Origin: Candidatus Stoquefichus sp. SB1
GTDB taxonomy: Bacteria > Bacillota_I > Bacilli_A > Erysipelotrichales > Coprobacillaceae
DNA: 32,000 bases
Direction of reading: 5' to 3'
NCBI RefSeq assembly: GCF_001244545.1
Contig: NZ_LN852694.1
Coordinates: 619,747 to 651,746 of the forward strand
Part shown: positions 1-8,369 of the stretch, piece by piece
Layout of the letters: each line of letters opens with the position of its first letter
How positions within the stretch are numbered: the first letter of the stretch is position 1
The notes under the pieces: model-generated
Told to the model about the DNA's origin: nothing
Database searches by the model: none
What the model saw: the letters and a program-made list of their open reading frames with translations, nothing else
Made by a program: the position numbers and the translations under genes

Positions 1-1
1 T

Positions 2-280
2 TTAGCTAAGTTATGTGTAGACATGATTCTAACTGAAGAATATGGTACATATCATGCAACAAACGAAGGAATATGTTCATGGTATGAATTTGCATGTGAG
101 ATATTTAAACAAGCAGAGATGGATGTAAAAGTGAATCCTGTTGATTCTAATGCTTTTCCAGCAAAAGCGAAAAGACCATCTAATAGTCGTATGAATAAGA
201 CAGAATTAGATAAACATGGATTTAAAAGATTGCCTACATGGCAAGATGCGTTGAGAAGATATATAATTTTTTTAAAATAA
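2..280 (+). CDS. rfbD: dTDP-4-dehydrorhamnose reductase, C-terminal ~92 codons (5' end lies outside the window)
   Basis: Frame 2 is open from the window edge (LAKLCVDMILTEEYGTYHATNEGICSWYEFACEIF...AKRPSNSRMNKTEL...LPTWQDAL). This C-terminal block matches RmlD/RfbD proteins as I remember them. Stop at 278-280. Confidence 0.85.
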   Translation, partial: LAKLCVDMILTEEYGTYHATNEGICSWYEFACEIFKQAEMDVKVNPVDSNAFPAKAKRPSNSRMNKTELDKHGFKRLPTWQDALRRYIIFLK

Positions 281-302
281 TAAAAATTATATAAAGTTTA
301 AA

Positions 303-909
303 CTAGAAAAGCAGTGAAGTGGAAGTGGCACTAAAAATATTAGAGAATGGATTTTCCTTGTCGCTGCTGTCCTGTTTCTTTTTTAACTGAGAGAACTTAA
401 GATAGATATTGTTAAGACAATAGTTTTTCTCTTTTGAAAGATTTTTGGCAAGATGGAAACGATATCTTGTCAGGCGCTGAAGAGCGACATATGTAGCACC
501 ACACCACTCATGAAGTTTCTTACATCGACCAACGCAAATGTAGTCGTCAATAAGCCAGGCATCACTGGGATCATTCTTAGGTCTATCAATGTAGGATTTT
601 ATAGTTTTTAATCATTTTGGGATTAACACAGTAAACCTTACAGTGAAGTTGTCCTAATTCTTCATTCATGAAAAGGGCATTCGCAATATGAAAGAAATAA
701 AGAGAAGTGGATTCCATACAAATGAGAACATGAGATAAATGATTCAAGTGAGCAGTGGAAATAATTTTATTAATCATCTCAAGAGAACCATCTAAAGTAT
801 TCTTAAAGGAGAGATTAAAATAGACATCCTGATTGAAATTCATAGCACAAACTTGGTTAGTATCAAGACTAACATCAATACCAAGATATAAGGTAGAAGT
901 AATAGTCAT
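303..909 (-). pseudogene. IS110-family transposase remnant (N-terminal ~200 codons, one frame break, C-terminal domain missing)
   Basis: SD GGAGGTGG plus ATG at 909. N-terminus MTITSTLYLGIDVSLDTNQVCAM...CMESTSLYFFHIANAL...VYCVNPKMIKNYK is typical of the IS110 DEDD N-terminal domain. The frame breaks near 586-600 and continues as SYIDRPKNDPSDAWLIDDYI...FSNIFSATSTSLL to a stop at 303-305, far short of a full-length IS110 transposase. Confidence 0.75.
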
Positions 910-1192
910 AGATACCACCTCCTTTCGATTGGGATCAAGAAATAAGACAATGATTTTATCCCACCTGGTTATATCATAAGACAACCTCGTAATGAGAACT
1001 CATCCTTCAAACACAAGTGCTACTGAAAGAAGGCGGAACAACGTCTGAGTAAGAAATTAAGATATAACATGGGCAAACAGGCTTTAAAAGAACTATGAAA
1101 TCACGCAATGCATGAACAAGGAGAAAAGGAAGTGACCATCATATTATTTCTAAATAAATAATAACGCAAGAGGGATAAAACGGAAAGAATTT

Positions 1193-1218
1193 TTTGAATG
1201 GGACTAGTCCCATTCAAA
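1193..1218. repeat. Perfect 26-bp palindrome TTTGAATGGGACT/AGTCCCATTCAAA
   Basis: Read directly; the two 13-nt halves are exact reverse complements with no loop. It lies between the IS110 remnant and the acyltransferase gene. Confidence 0.9.
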
Positions 1219-1275
1219 CGGCTAAACTGTAAAGAATTAATCTTTACAAATACTATTATATGAGGAGATAAACAT

Positions 1276-2301
1276 ATGAGATTAAAAAAAATTCTAGCAA
1301 TTGATTTTATTAGGGTAATATGCGCACTAGGGGTAATTGTTTATCATTTTTCATGTCATTTAAATAATACAAGATTTTTACCATTTTATTCTTTTGTAAA
1401 TGGTGATTGGGGAGATGTGTTTGTTACGATATTTTTTATGCTTTCTGGCGGAATGCTTTACTACAGTTATAGTAATGTAACTTCATTAAAAGATTATTAT
1501 TATAGGAGATGGAAGTCATTATATCCAATGTTTTATATAGCATTTGCTTATTTCTTTTTACAAAATATTTTTTCTTTTGGAAATGTATTTTATAGAGGAA
1601 AACCGACAAGTCTAATCTTATCTTTATTAGGAATTGATGGATATTTTCTTTATCGTTATGAAAATTATTATATTTTAGGTGAATGGTTTTTAGGTGCAAT
1701 TATAATTCTTTATATTATTTATCCCATTTTTGTGCGTTTATTTAATAAAAGTGATAAAATTACATTACTAGTTCTTTTTTTATCATATTTATGGGTATTA
1801 AATACAAGTTTTTTTATCATAGGAGATTTTAGGAATATTATTTCTTGCCTCTTTAGTTTCTCAGTAGGAATGCTTTTTATTAAATATACAAAATTTTTCT
1901 TAGAGAATCTATATATACTACTTTTAGCCATAGGAATCACTATAATTATATGTTTTTTTTATTTAAATTTAGGATCGAATTTTGCATCACATTTAATGGG
2001 ATTTTCTCTTTTTATCGTTTTATTTCATTTGGGTAAATATGTTATGAAATTTAATTGTTTAAAAAAATTATTTGAAGAAATAAGTAAAATTTCTTATGCG
2101 ATTTTTTTGTTACAACATCTTGTTATTTTACAAGTTTTAAATTTTAGAAATCCTTCAAATGCGTTGAATGTTCTGATTTTACTATTTTTTACGATAGGAT
2201 TAATTTTAATCTATGCAAAAATTTTATATATAATAAATAATTCCATACTTAATAGTAGTGTGTATTTGTATTTTGAAAATAAATTTTTAAATAAAAAGTA
2301 G
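1276..2301 (+). CDS. Membrane acyltransferase family 3 (polysaccharide O-acyltransferase type)
   Basis: 341-aa polytopic hydrophobic protein. N-terminus LAIDFIRVICALGVIVYHF is typical of Acyltransferase_3/OatA-like proteins. SD GAGGAG at 1263-1268. Confidence 0.8.
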   Translation: MRLKKILAIDFIRVICALGVIVYHFSCHLNNTRFLPFYSFVNGDWGDVFVTIFFMLSGGMLYYSYSNVTSLKDYYYRRWKSLYPMFYIAFAYFFLQNIFSFGNVFYRGKPTSLILSLLGIDGYFLYRYENYYILGEWFLGAIIILYIIYPIFVRLFNKSDKITLLVLFLSYLWVLNTSFFIIGDFRNIISCLFSFSVGMLFIKYTKFFLENLYILLLAIGITIIICFFYLNLGSNFASHLMGFSLFIVLFHLGKYVMKFNCLKKLFEEISKISYAIFLLQHLVILQVLNFRNPSNALNVLILLFFTIGLILIYAKILYIINNSILNSSVYLYFENKFLNKK

Positions 2302-2382
2302 TTTTACTTAAAATGTTAATTGCTAAATTACTGATGTTTTTAATAATCATGAGGGAAACTTAACATGAGTTAGGTTCTCTAG

Positions 2383-2398
2383 TAATCCAAAATAACTT
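2383..2398 (+). repeat. Copy a of the recurrent motif TAATCYAAAATAACTT
   Basis: TAATCCAAAATAACTT, 82 nt after the acyltransferase stop. The following ~30 nt are also similar to copy b (TTATGG-18 nt-TAAAAC). Confidence 0.8.
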
Positions 2399-2562
2399 AT
2401 GGTAAACAATTTATGGGTCATAAAACACATTTTTTTTGGGGGGATTATATCTCCCGCCATGTTTTGTAGTGGACTTTTGGAAACTCTAAAGCGTTGATAT
2501 GCAATGGTTTCCCTGCCCATTTTTTATTTGCCCTCCAAGTTTTTTGCTTTTTTCTAAAAAAT

Positions 2563-2660
2563 TACGATACTCAAATTTATTCTGGGGTCAAGTCTAAATA
2601 GGCTTTAAATCACTGGGGGGTTAAGTATCAAATAAAGGTAGAATAAAGTGATGAAGATTT
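2563..2660. repeat. ISL3-like element end, copy A, left part (interrupted by the IS3 element)
   Basis: About 90% identical by eye to 18863-18950 (..TTATTCTGGGRTCAARTCTAAATAGGCTTTAAATCACTGGGGG..AAATAAAGGTAGAATAAAGTGATGAAGATT). Confidence 0.8.
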
Positions 2661-2728
2661 CTGATATGATCCCACTAAAGTAGACACACGAAAAAACAAA
2701 CATGTAGCTATGAAGGTGGGATTTTTCT

Positions 2729-3445
2729 ATGGGAAGAAAACCTAAATTATCAACAGAAGAAAAAGTATATGTATGTGAACAATATTTACAAGGTAACCAA
2801 AGCATAAGGAATCTAGCAGATGAATTTGGTGTAGAAGAAAGTATTATTTATAAATGGGTAAATAAGTATAGGTCTTATGGCCCTGGAGTTTTTGATTCTA
2901 AGCCTCACAATTCAAAGTATACCAAAGAGTTTAAACAAGAAGTTGTAGAAGCTTATCTGACTGGAGAAGGTTCAATTGAAGTGATCGCAAATAAATATAA
3001 TGTTCATTCAGATTCTACTGTAATGAGTTGGATAAAGAAGTATAATAACCTTGAAGAACTTAAGGATTACAATCCTAAGTGGGAGATTTATATGAAAGAT
3101 TACAGTAGAAAAACAACTTATGAGGAACGTATTGAAATTGTCAACGATTGTTTAACAAATGATAAGAACTATAAGGGAACAGCACATAAATTCAATGTTT
3201 CTTATACACAGGTTTATCAATGGGTTAAAAAATATGAAAAATATGGTGAAGAAGGACTTATTGATAAAAGAGGAAAACGTAAAGATGAAGAACAGTTAAG
3301 TGAAACAGAAATATTGCAGCATAAAGTCAAAATGCTTGAACGTCAGCTTAAAGAAAAAGAAATGGAGAATGAAGTACTAAAAAAAGTACAGGAAATCGAA
3401 AGGATGCGATTTTCGCCAAAACGAAAAACGAAGCGAAATACTTAG
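2729..3445 (+). CDS. IS3-family transposase OrfA (HTH DNA-binding plus leucine-zipper region)
   Basis: 238 aa with two HTH-like segments (..SIRNLADEFGVEESIIYKWVNKY.. and ..GTAHKFNVSYTQVYQWVKKY..) and a coiled-coil tail. This is the typical IS150-group OrfA layout. Confidence 0.9.
   Translation: MGRKPKLSTEEKVYVCEQYLQGNQSIRNLADEFGVEESIIYKWVNKYRSYGPGVFDSKPHNSKYTKEFKQEVVEAYLTGEGSIEVIANKYNVHSDSTVMSWIKKYNNLEELKDYNPKWEIYMKDYSRKTTYEERIEIVNDCLTNDKNYKGTAHKFNVSYTQVYQWVKKYEKYGEEGLIDKRGKRKDEEQLSETEILQHKVKMLERQLKEKEMENEVLKKVQEIERMRFSPKRKTKRNT
3379..3385 (+). promoter_or_regulatory. Candidate programmed -1 ribosomal frameshift heptamer A AAA AAA
   Basis: In the orfA frame the sequence reads CT[A AAA AAA] GTA. 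The -1 frame is open from 3373 and reads KKSTGNRKDAIFAKTKNEAKYLAIKELHETKKYSIQWMCKVL straight into orfB. This is the standard IS3-family OrfAB fusion mechanism. Confidence 0.65.
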
Positions 3446-3489
3446 CCATTAAGGAGCTTCATGAAACAAAGAAGTATAGTATCCAATGG

Positions 3490-4407
3490 ATGTGTAAGGT
3501 GTTGTCTGTTCAACGTTCAGCATACTATAAATGGTTAAATCGCCCTATTCCAGCTAATGAACAGGAGAATCAAGCATTATCTGAAATTATCATGGAATAT
3601 CATCAAAGATATGGTGGTATTCTAGGCGTAAGAAGAATGCGCATGTTTATCAATCGTCATTACAATAAGAACTATAATCATAAACGTATTCGTAGAATCA
3701 TGAAGATATTGGGAATTCATTCAAGTATAAGAAGGAGAAGAAAAGGATGTACAATTGCGAATAAAGCAGATCAGAAAGCAGAAAATATACTACATCATGA
3801 ATTTGAAGCAACAAAGCCTAATGAAAAATGGACAACAGGTGTCACAGAATTTAAAGTTCCACATTCACATGAAAAGATCTATTTAAGTGCATTCCTTGCT
3901 CCATATGATCGTTCAATTGTATCATGGATCATCAATAATAGAAATGACAATGCGCTTGTATTAGATACTTTAAATAAGGCGATAGAAGCAAATCCTAATG
4001 CACATCCCCTAATGCATTCGGATAGAGGATTTCAATACACAAGTCAAGCATTTCAACATCAATTGAAAAATGAGGAAATGATTCAATCGATGTCAAGAGT
4101 AGCGAGTTGTATAGATAATGGACCAACGGAAGGATTATGGGGAATAATCAAGACAGAAATGTATCAAATGTATGAGATTTATGATAAAGATAGTCTAATA
4201 GAAGCAATAGAAAAATATATACAATTTTACAATTATGAAAGGTATCAGGAACGATATCAATCAAAAGCACCAATGGAAGTAAGAAAGGAAGCAATGAATA
4301 GAGAAGAACCAAAACAATATCCAATACCATTCAATTCAAGAATTGCAAAGTATAAAGAGTCACTAGTACAATTAAAAACCCAATCAGCAACATGCCAATT
4401 GGGATAA
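3490..4407 (+). CDS. IS3-family transposase OrfB (DDE/rve integrase core), frame open from 3373, probably expressed as an OrfAB fusion
   Basis: Contains ..HSDRGFQYTS.. and ..SMSRVASCIDNGPTEGLWGIIKTE.. (second D and E regions). The first catalytic motif reads WTTGVTEF instead of the W.TD(I/V)T.F I expect (see findings). Confidence 0.9.
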   Translation: MCKVLSVQRSAYYKWLNRPIPANEQENQALSEIIMEYHQRYGGILGVRRMRMFINRHYNKNYNHKRIRRIMKILGIHSSIRRRRKGCTIANKADQKAENILHHEFEATKPNEKWTTGVTEFKVPHSHEKIYLSAFLAPYDRSIVSWIINNRNDNALVLDTLNKAIEANPNAHPLMHSDRGFQYTSQAFQHQLKNEEMIQSMSRVASCIDNGPTEGLWGIIKTEMYQMYEIYDKDSLIEAIEKYIQFYNYERYQERYQSKAPMEVRKEAMNREEPKQYPIPFNSRIAKYKESLVQLKTQSATCQLG

Positions 4408-4455
4408 AAATTTTATTTATTTTGTGTGTCCACTTGACAGGGACTAGATCATTTA

Positions 4456-4600
4456 CTGATTTCTACCTTTTTATTTGGCTTATTCAATCTCGTTTAGTTA
4501 TTGTTTTATTATTTTATTTTCTTTTTATATTTTCCACGTTTTCTTCCTTGTCTTTTTATGATTTGTAGTTTGTCTAAAGAAGATGGAAGTGATTTTTTAT
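4456..4600. repeat. ISL3-like element end, copy A, right part
   Basis: Similar to 18952-19083 (CTGATTTCTACCTT.TTATTTGGCTTATT.AATCT.GTTTAGTTATTGTTTTA..TTCTTCCTTGTCTTTTTATGATTTGTAGTTTGTCTAAAGAAGATG.AAGTGATTTTTTAT). Copy A carries a small extra insertion. Confidence 0.8.
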
Positions 4601-4740
4601 TTACTGAATATTATAAGAAGATTAATTTTATGAGAAGTTAGACAATAAAGTCTTATATTTTAAGGATTATTGTCTTTTTAACTTCTCATAAAAAATTGAT
4701 GAAATTATTATATATTCAAACAAGAAGGAGGAGATGAAAA

Positions 4741-5898
4741 ATGAATACACAAGAATACATTAATTTTATACCTATTTATATTAAAAGATTGGTGGAGGAT
4801 CCAATATCAGAGAAAGAGATATCACATACGAGGAACACCAATAGATTTGTAATATATTGATGGAACTATTTCTCAACAAAGGGAGCTTCTTAGAGTCATT
4901 CATTTTTTGTCAGATGATCAGCTACATGGAGGGTTAACACGCCGATATACAGCTTCTAAAAATACAATTCAATTATCAGATGAAAAAGCGACTATTTACG
5001 ATGAATTTTTAATCTATTTAGAAAGTACTGGTTTATCACACAGCACAGTAAAACATTATTCACATATGTCCATGGTGTTCTTAGATTATCTATCACAAAG
5101 ACAAATAATCGATATTTCTGTGATTTATCTATCTGCAATGATTTTATCAAAACTTTTTCTAATTACAGTTTTAAAACAGTTGAACAGAATATTTGTGGAT
5201 TAAGGTATTTTTTGAGATATCTTCACCTAAAGAATCAACTTTCTGTTGATTTGGCATCTAAAATTCACATGCCAGCTATTTCAAAAACAAGATCAATACC
5301 ATCTGTCTGGTCAGCTGAAGAACTTACCAATTTATTAAAAGCCATTGATCGAAACAGTCCTCTAGGAAAACGTGATTATGCAATGATTCTTTTAGCTTGT
5401 ATACTAGGGATAAGAAGCAGTGATATTAAAAATTTAAAATTTGATAATTTTGACTGGGAAAACAGAAAGATTTCCTTCGTTCAACACAAGACTAAAAAAC
5501 TTTTAACTTTGCCTTTGCCTAATGAAGTTGGTTGGGCAGTTATAGATTATATCAAGAATGGCAGACCTGCTTTTTATGATACTTCATATGTATTTATTAA
5601 GCATATGCCACCCTTTGATTCCTTTTCTGAAGGAAATCACTTAAGTGATATTATTAAACGATACATGAATAAAGCAGGAATACCGGCTACTAAAAACAGA
5701 CACTCTGGTTTTCATTCCATGCGACACGCGGCAGCTTCTTTATTACTGGAAGCCGGAACACAACTGCCAATTATTACAGAAATCCTTGGTCATTCAAATC
5801 CTGACATTACTGCAATATATTTAAAAACGGATATTAATAAGCTGAAAGAGTGCATATTGCCTCTAACATTTGATGATGAAACAATTAAAATTCAATAG
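4741..5898 (+). pseudogene. Tyrosine recombinase 1 of the trio (RitA-like position), at least two frame breaks
   Basis: SD AGGAGG plus ATG 4741 (frame 1). It stops at 4858-4860, continues in frame 2 (..LSDEKATIYDEFLIYLESTGLSHSTVKHYSHMSMVFLDYL..) to 5203, then returns to frame 1 from about 5130-5150 (..NICGLRYFLRYLHLKN...FHSMRHAAASLLLEAG..LGHSNPDITAIYLK). Confidence 0.7.
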
Positions 5899-6859
5899 TG
5901 TATTTAAAAAAGAATTTCAGGATTTGATCAATTTAAAACAAGTACAAGGATTTACGTATCTCTCAGAAAGTTCAGCTTTTCTTCGATTAGACAAGTTTTT
6001 TGATGAAAACAAAATTACAGAAAAAGAAATCACACGTGATACAGCAGATAAATGGTGTAGAAAAACATCTTATGAAACTGCCAATAACCAGGCAAGAAGA
6101 ATATCGAATTTAAGAGTATTCTGTACATATCTAAATGATATTGGAATTAAAGCTTATATTCCACCTGAAGGCTTAGTAAGAAAAATCCCCAAATATGATG
6201 CACATATTTATACAGATGATGAATTAAAACGATTCTTTGAAGCAGTAGACCAAAGCAGAAGTGTTCCATCTGTATCACCATACAGACATTTGGTTATGCC
6301 AATATTTTTTAGAATTCTATATACCAGTGGGTTGAGAGTATCTGAATTAAGACTTCTAAAAATTAGAGATTTTCACTTGCATAAAGGCTATCTAATCGTC
6401 CGAAGCGGAAAAAACAATAAAGCCAGAATCGTACCAGTTCACCCAGCATTAATTCAAAAATGTATTGAATTAAAGAATATGATACACAAAGAATCAGAAG
6501 AAGATGAATACTTTTTTATGATAACTCCTGGTGTACCAATGAAGCTTCATACGGTTTACCGTAATTTTAGACGATACCTAGAAAAAGCAGGTATTTCGCA
6601 TACTGGAAATGGTCCAAGAGTCCACGATTTCAGGCATACCTATTGTATTAATTTATTAAAAATGTGGTTGGAAGAGGGAAAAGATTTGCTTAACTATCTA
6701 CCATATATGAAAACTATGCTTGGACATGAAAGATTTGATGAAACAGCTTATTACTTAAAACTTACACAATCACTTTTTCCAACTCTAACAGGGAAACTAG
6801 AGGAAGCATACTCAGAAATGATTAAGGTGGTGATTCCAAATGAGAAAGAATTCTACTGA
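5870..6859 (+). CDS. Tyrosine recombinase 2 of the trio, intact
   Basis: 329 aa. It has ..SGLRVSELRLLKIRD.. (catalytic R region) and ..VHDFRHTYCINLL...MLGHERFDETAYYLKLT (H-x-x-R...H...Y). Confidence 0.85.
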   Translation: MMMKQLKFNSVFKKEFQDLINLKQVQGFTYLSESSAFLRLDKFFDENKITEKEITRDTADKWCRKTSYETANNQARRISNLRVFCTYLNDIGIKAYIPPEGLVRKIPKYDAHIYTDDELKRFFEAVDQSRSVPSVSPYRHLVMPIFFRILYTSGLRVSELRLLKIRDFHLHKGYLIVRSGKNNKARIVPVHPALIQKCIELKNMIHKESEEDEYFFMITPGVPMKLHTVYRNFRRYLEKAGISHTGNGPRVHDFRHTYCINLLKMWLEEGKDLLNYLPYMKTMLGHERFDETAYYLKLTQSLFPTLTGKLEEAYSEMIKVVIPNEKEFY

Positions 6860-7858
6860 TTTTTCTCAATATGTTAATTCTTTTTAACAGAATTTCTCCC
6901 TCATCATCGTAATTATTCAAAAAATACTATTCTAAGTTATAAAGATACATTAAAACTCTTTGTGAGATTTCTAATAAATGAACAAGAAATTAACATTAAT
7001 CAATTTACAATGAAAGATTTTACTAGAAAGATTATTATTGAATTTTTAGAATATTTAAGAGCCACTGGATGCAGTAGTTCAACTGCGAATCAAAGGCTGG
7101 CAGTTCTAAAAAGTTTCGCCAATTACTGTCAAATTGATTCTATTGAAAATATGTTTAGTTTACAGGAAGTTATGCATATAAAATCAAAAAAGACAGTTAT
7201 AAAAGAAATAGGATATTTAGATGAAACTCAAATGAGGGCATTAATAAATGAACCTGATGTCAACAGATTAAGTGGACTAAAGCATAAAACCCTATTATGT
7301 TTATTGTACGATACAGGTGCACGTGTCCAAGAAATATGCGATTTAAAAGTAAAAGATATATTTCTTGAAAATCATCCAACTGTTAAATTAAGTGGAAAAG
7401 GAAATAAAACAAGAATAATACCTATTTCTAGTGATATGAAGCAGCTTCTTAATATTTATATTAATACATTTCAGACTGATACAAAAATGAATGACCGTTA
7501 TTTATTCCTTAACAAGGATATGCATCAGCTTTCTCGAGATGGCGTTAAATATATCATAGACAAATATACAGCTTCTATTTTGAAAAGAGATTCCACATTT
7601 CCTAAAAAAGTAACTCCTCATATGTTTAGATATAGTAAAAGTATGCATATGGTGGCAACAGGAATTCCAATCATTTATATAAGAGATTTTCTAGGACATG
7701 AAAATATTACGACTACAATGATATATGCAAAAGCTGATACACGATTAAAAGAAAAAGCAATAAATAAATTAGCGCCTCAAATCATAAAAGATGAAGAAAG
7801 CAAGCCGGACTGGACAAAAAATCAGGATCTATTAGATTTTTTAAATACATTCAAGTAA
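6840..7858 (+). pseudogene. Tyrosine recombinase 3 of the trio, single frame break in a T-run (or a sequencing error)
   Basis: ATG 6840 gives MRKNSTDFSQYVNS in frame 3. The frame is lost in the T5 run at 6881-6885. Frame 2 then reads FLTEFLPHHRNYSKNTILSYKDTLKLFVRFL... on to ..TGARVQEICDLKVKD...HMFRYSKSMHMV..LGHENITTTMIYAK (ORF track 6962-7858). Confidence 0.75.
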
Positions 7859-7944
7859 AATATTATGCCGAGAAAATAAATAGAAAATCATTTAAAATAA
7901 AGACTTTTTGAATTTAACTCGGCATAATAACTAACTCCACATAA

Positions 7945-8058
7945 GGAAGACCATTAAGTCCATTACTTTCAAATATCTATCTTAATGAATTTGATAAGGA
8001 AATAGAAAGCATGGGAATGAGCAAATACAAGAAAAAGTTACTGGCATATAGTCAATAG
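7945..8058 (+). pseudogene. Group II intron reverse-transcriptase fragment (~37 codons)
   Basis: Translation GRPLSPLLSNIYLNEFDKEIESMGMSKYKKKLLAYSQ* contains the (G)PLSPLLSNIYLNEFD block characteristic of group II intron RTs. It begins 16 nt after the right hairpin of the RIT element. Confidence 0.6.
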
Positions 8059-8369
8059 CTTCATAATCATTAGAATGCTAATCAACGAAAGATTGAAAAG
8101 TTGGGGGGGATATATAAGAGGGCTAGAATATTATAGTTCTATAAACTTATGAAATGTCATGTAACCCTACGCACGGTGTTTGTTGTGAAAGGGGCGAAAG
8201 ATTCTAATTCTTAATCCTTATTCAATTTGATTCTCTTTAATTTTTTCTTGGAATCTCTATTTTTTCTTGATTTTATATACTTTTCATCTAGGTATTATAT
8301 TTCTTTTTTTGTCATTTTGTATGTGTATAACTTTTATAATTGGACATCATATTTTTTTGTTTTTCTTAG

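Larger units (their letters stand above)
2661..4459 (+). mobile_element. IS3-family (IS150-like) insertion sequence, ~1.79 kb, with a CTGA target duplication
   Basis: orfA/orfB in 0/-1 frames. Imperfect terminal inverted repeats (left TATGATCCCACTAAAGTAGACACACGAAAA; reverse complement of right end TAAATGATCTAGTCCCTGTCAAGTGGACACACAAAA). CTGA at 2661-2664 and 4456-4459 occurs only once (18952-18955) in the uninterrupted copy of the target. Exact ends are uncertain by a few nt. Confidence 0.9.
4626..7929 (+). mobile_element. Recombinase-in-trio (RIT)-type element: three overlapping tyrosine recombinase genes between palindromic ends
   Basis: Three same-strand Phage_integrase-type genes overlapping by 29 and 20 nt. 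They are bracketed by hairpins at 4626-4693 and 7861-7929 whose loops share a related sequence in opposite orientation. End coordinates are approximate. Confidence 0.65.

Noticed and set aside
1436-1940. Antisense ORFs 1436-1699 and 1719-1940 inside the acyltransferase gene
   Set aside because: They lie fully within a well-supported plus-strand membrane-protein gene. They have Lys/Asn/Ile-rich low-complexity translations typical of chance ORFs in AT-rich DNA, and no SD.
2605-2805. ORFs 2605-2805(-), 4148-4330(-), 19797-19979(+), 22712-22963(+), 29060-29257(-), 29444-29653(-) and 31346-31552(-)
   Set aside because: They are either antisense or out of frame within confident genes, or they span an IS boundary (2605-2805 crosses the IS3 left end). 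None has recognisable motifs.
4741-4860. 39-codon ORF with a strong SD (MNTQEYINFIPIYIKRLVEDPISEKEISHTRNTNRFVIY) as a possible independent small gene such as an excisionase
   Set aside because: It runs directly, with a 1-nt frame change, into the N-terminal SAM-like domain of recombinase 1. The simpler reading is that it is the original start of that frameshifted gene.
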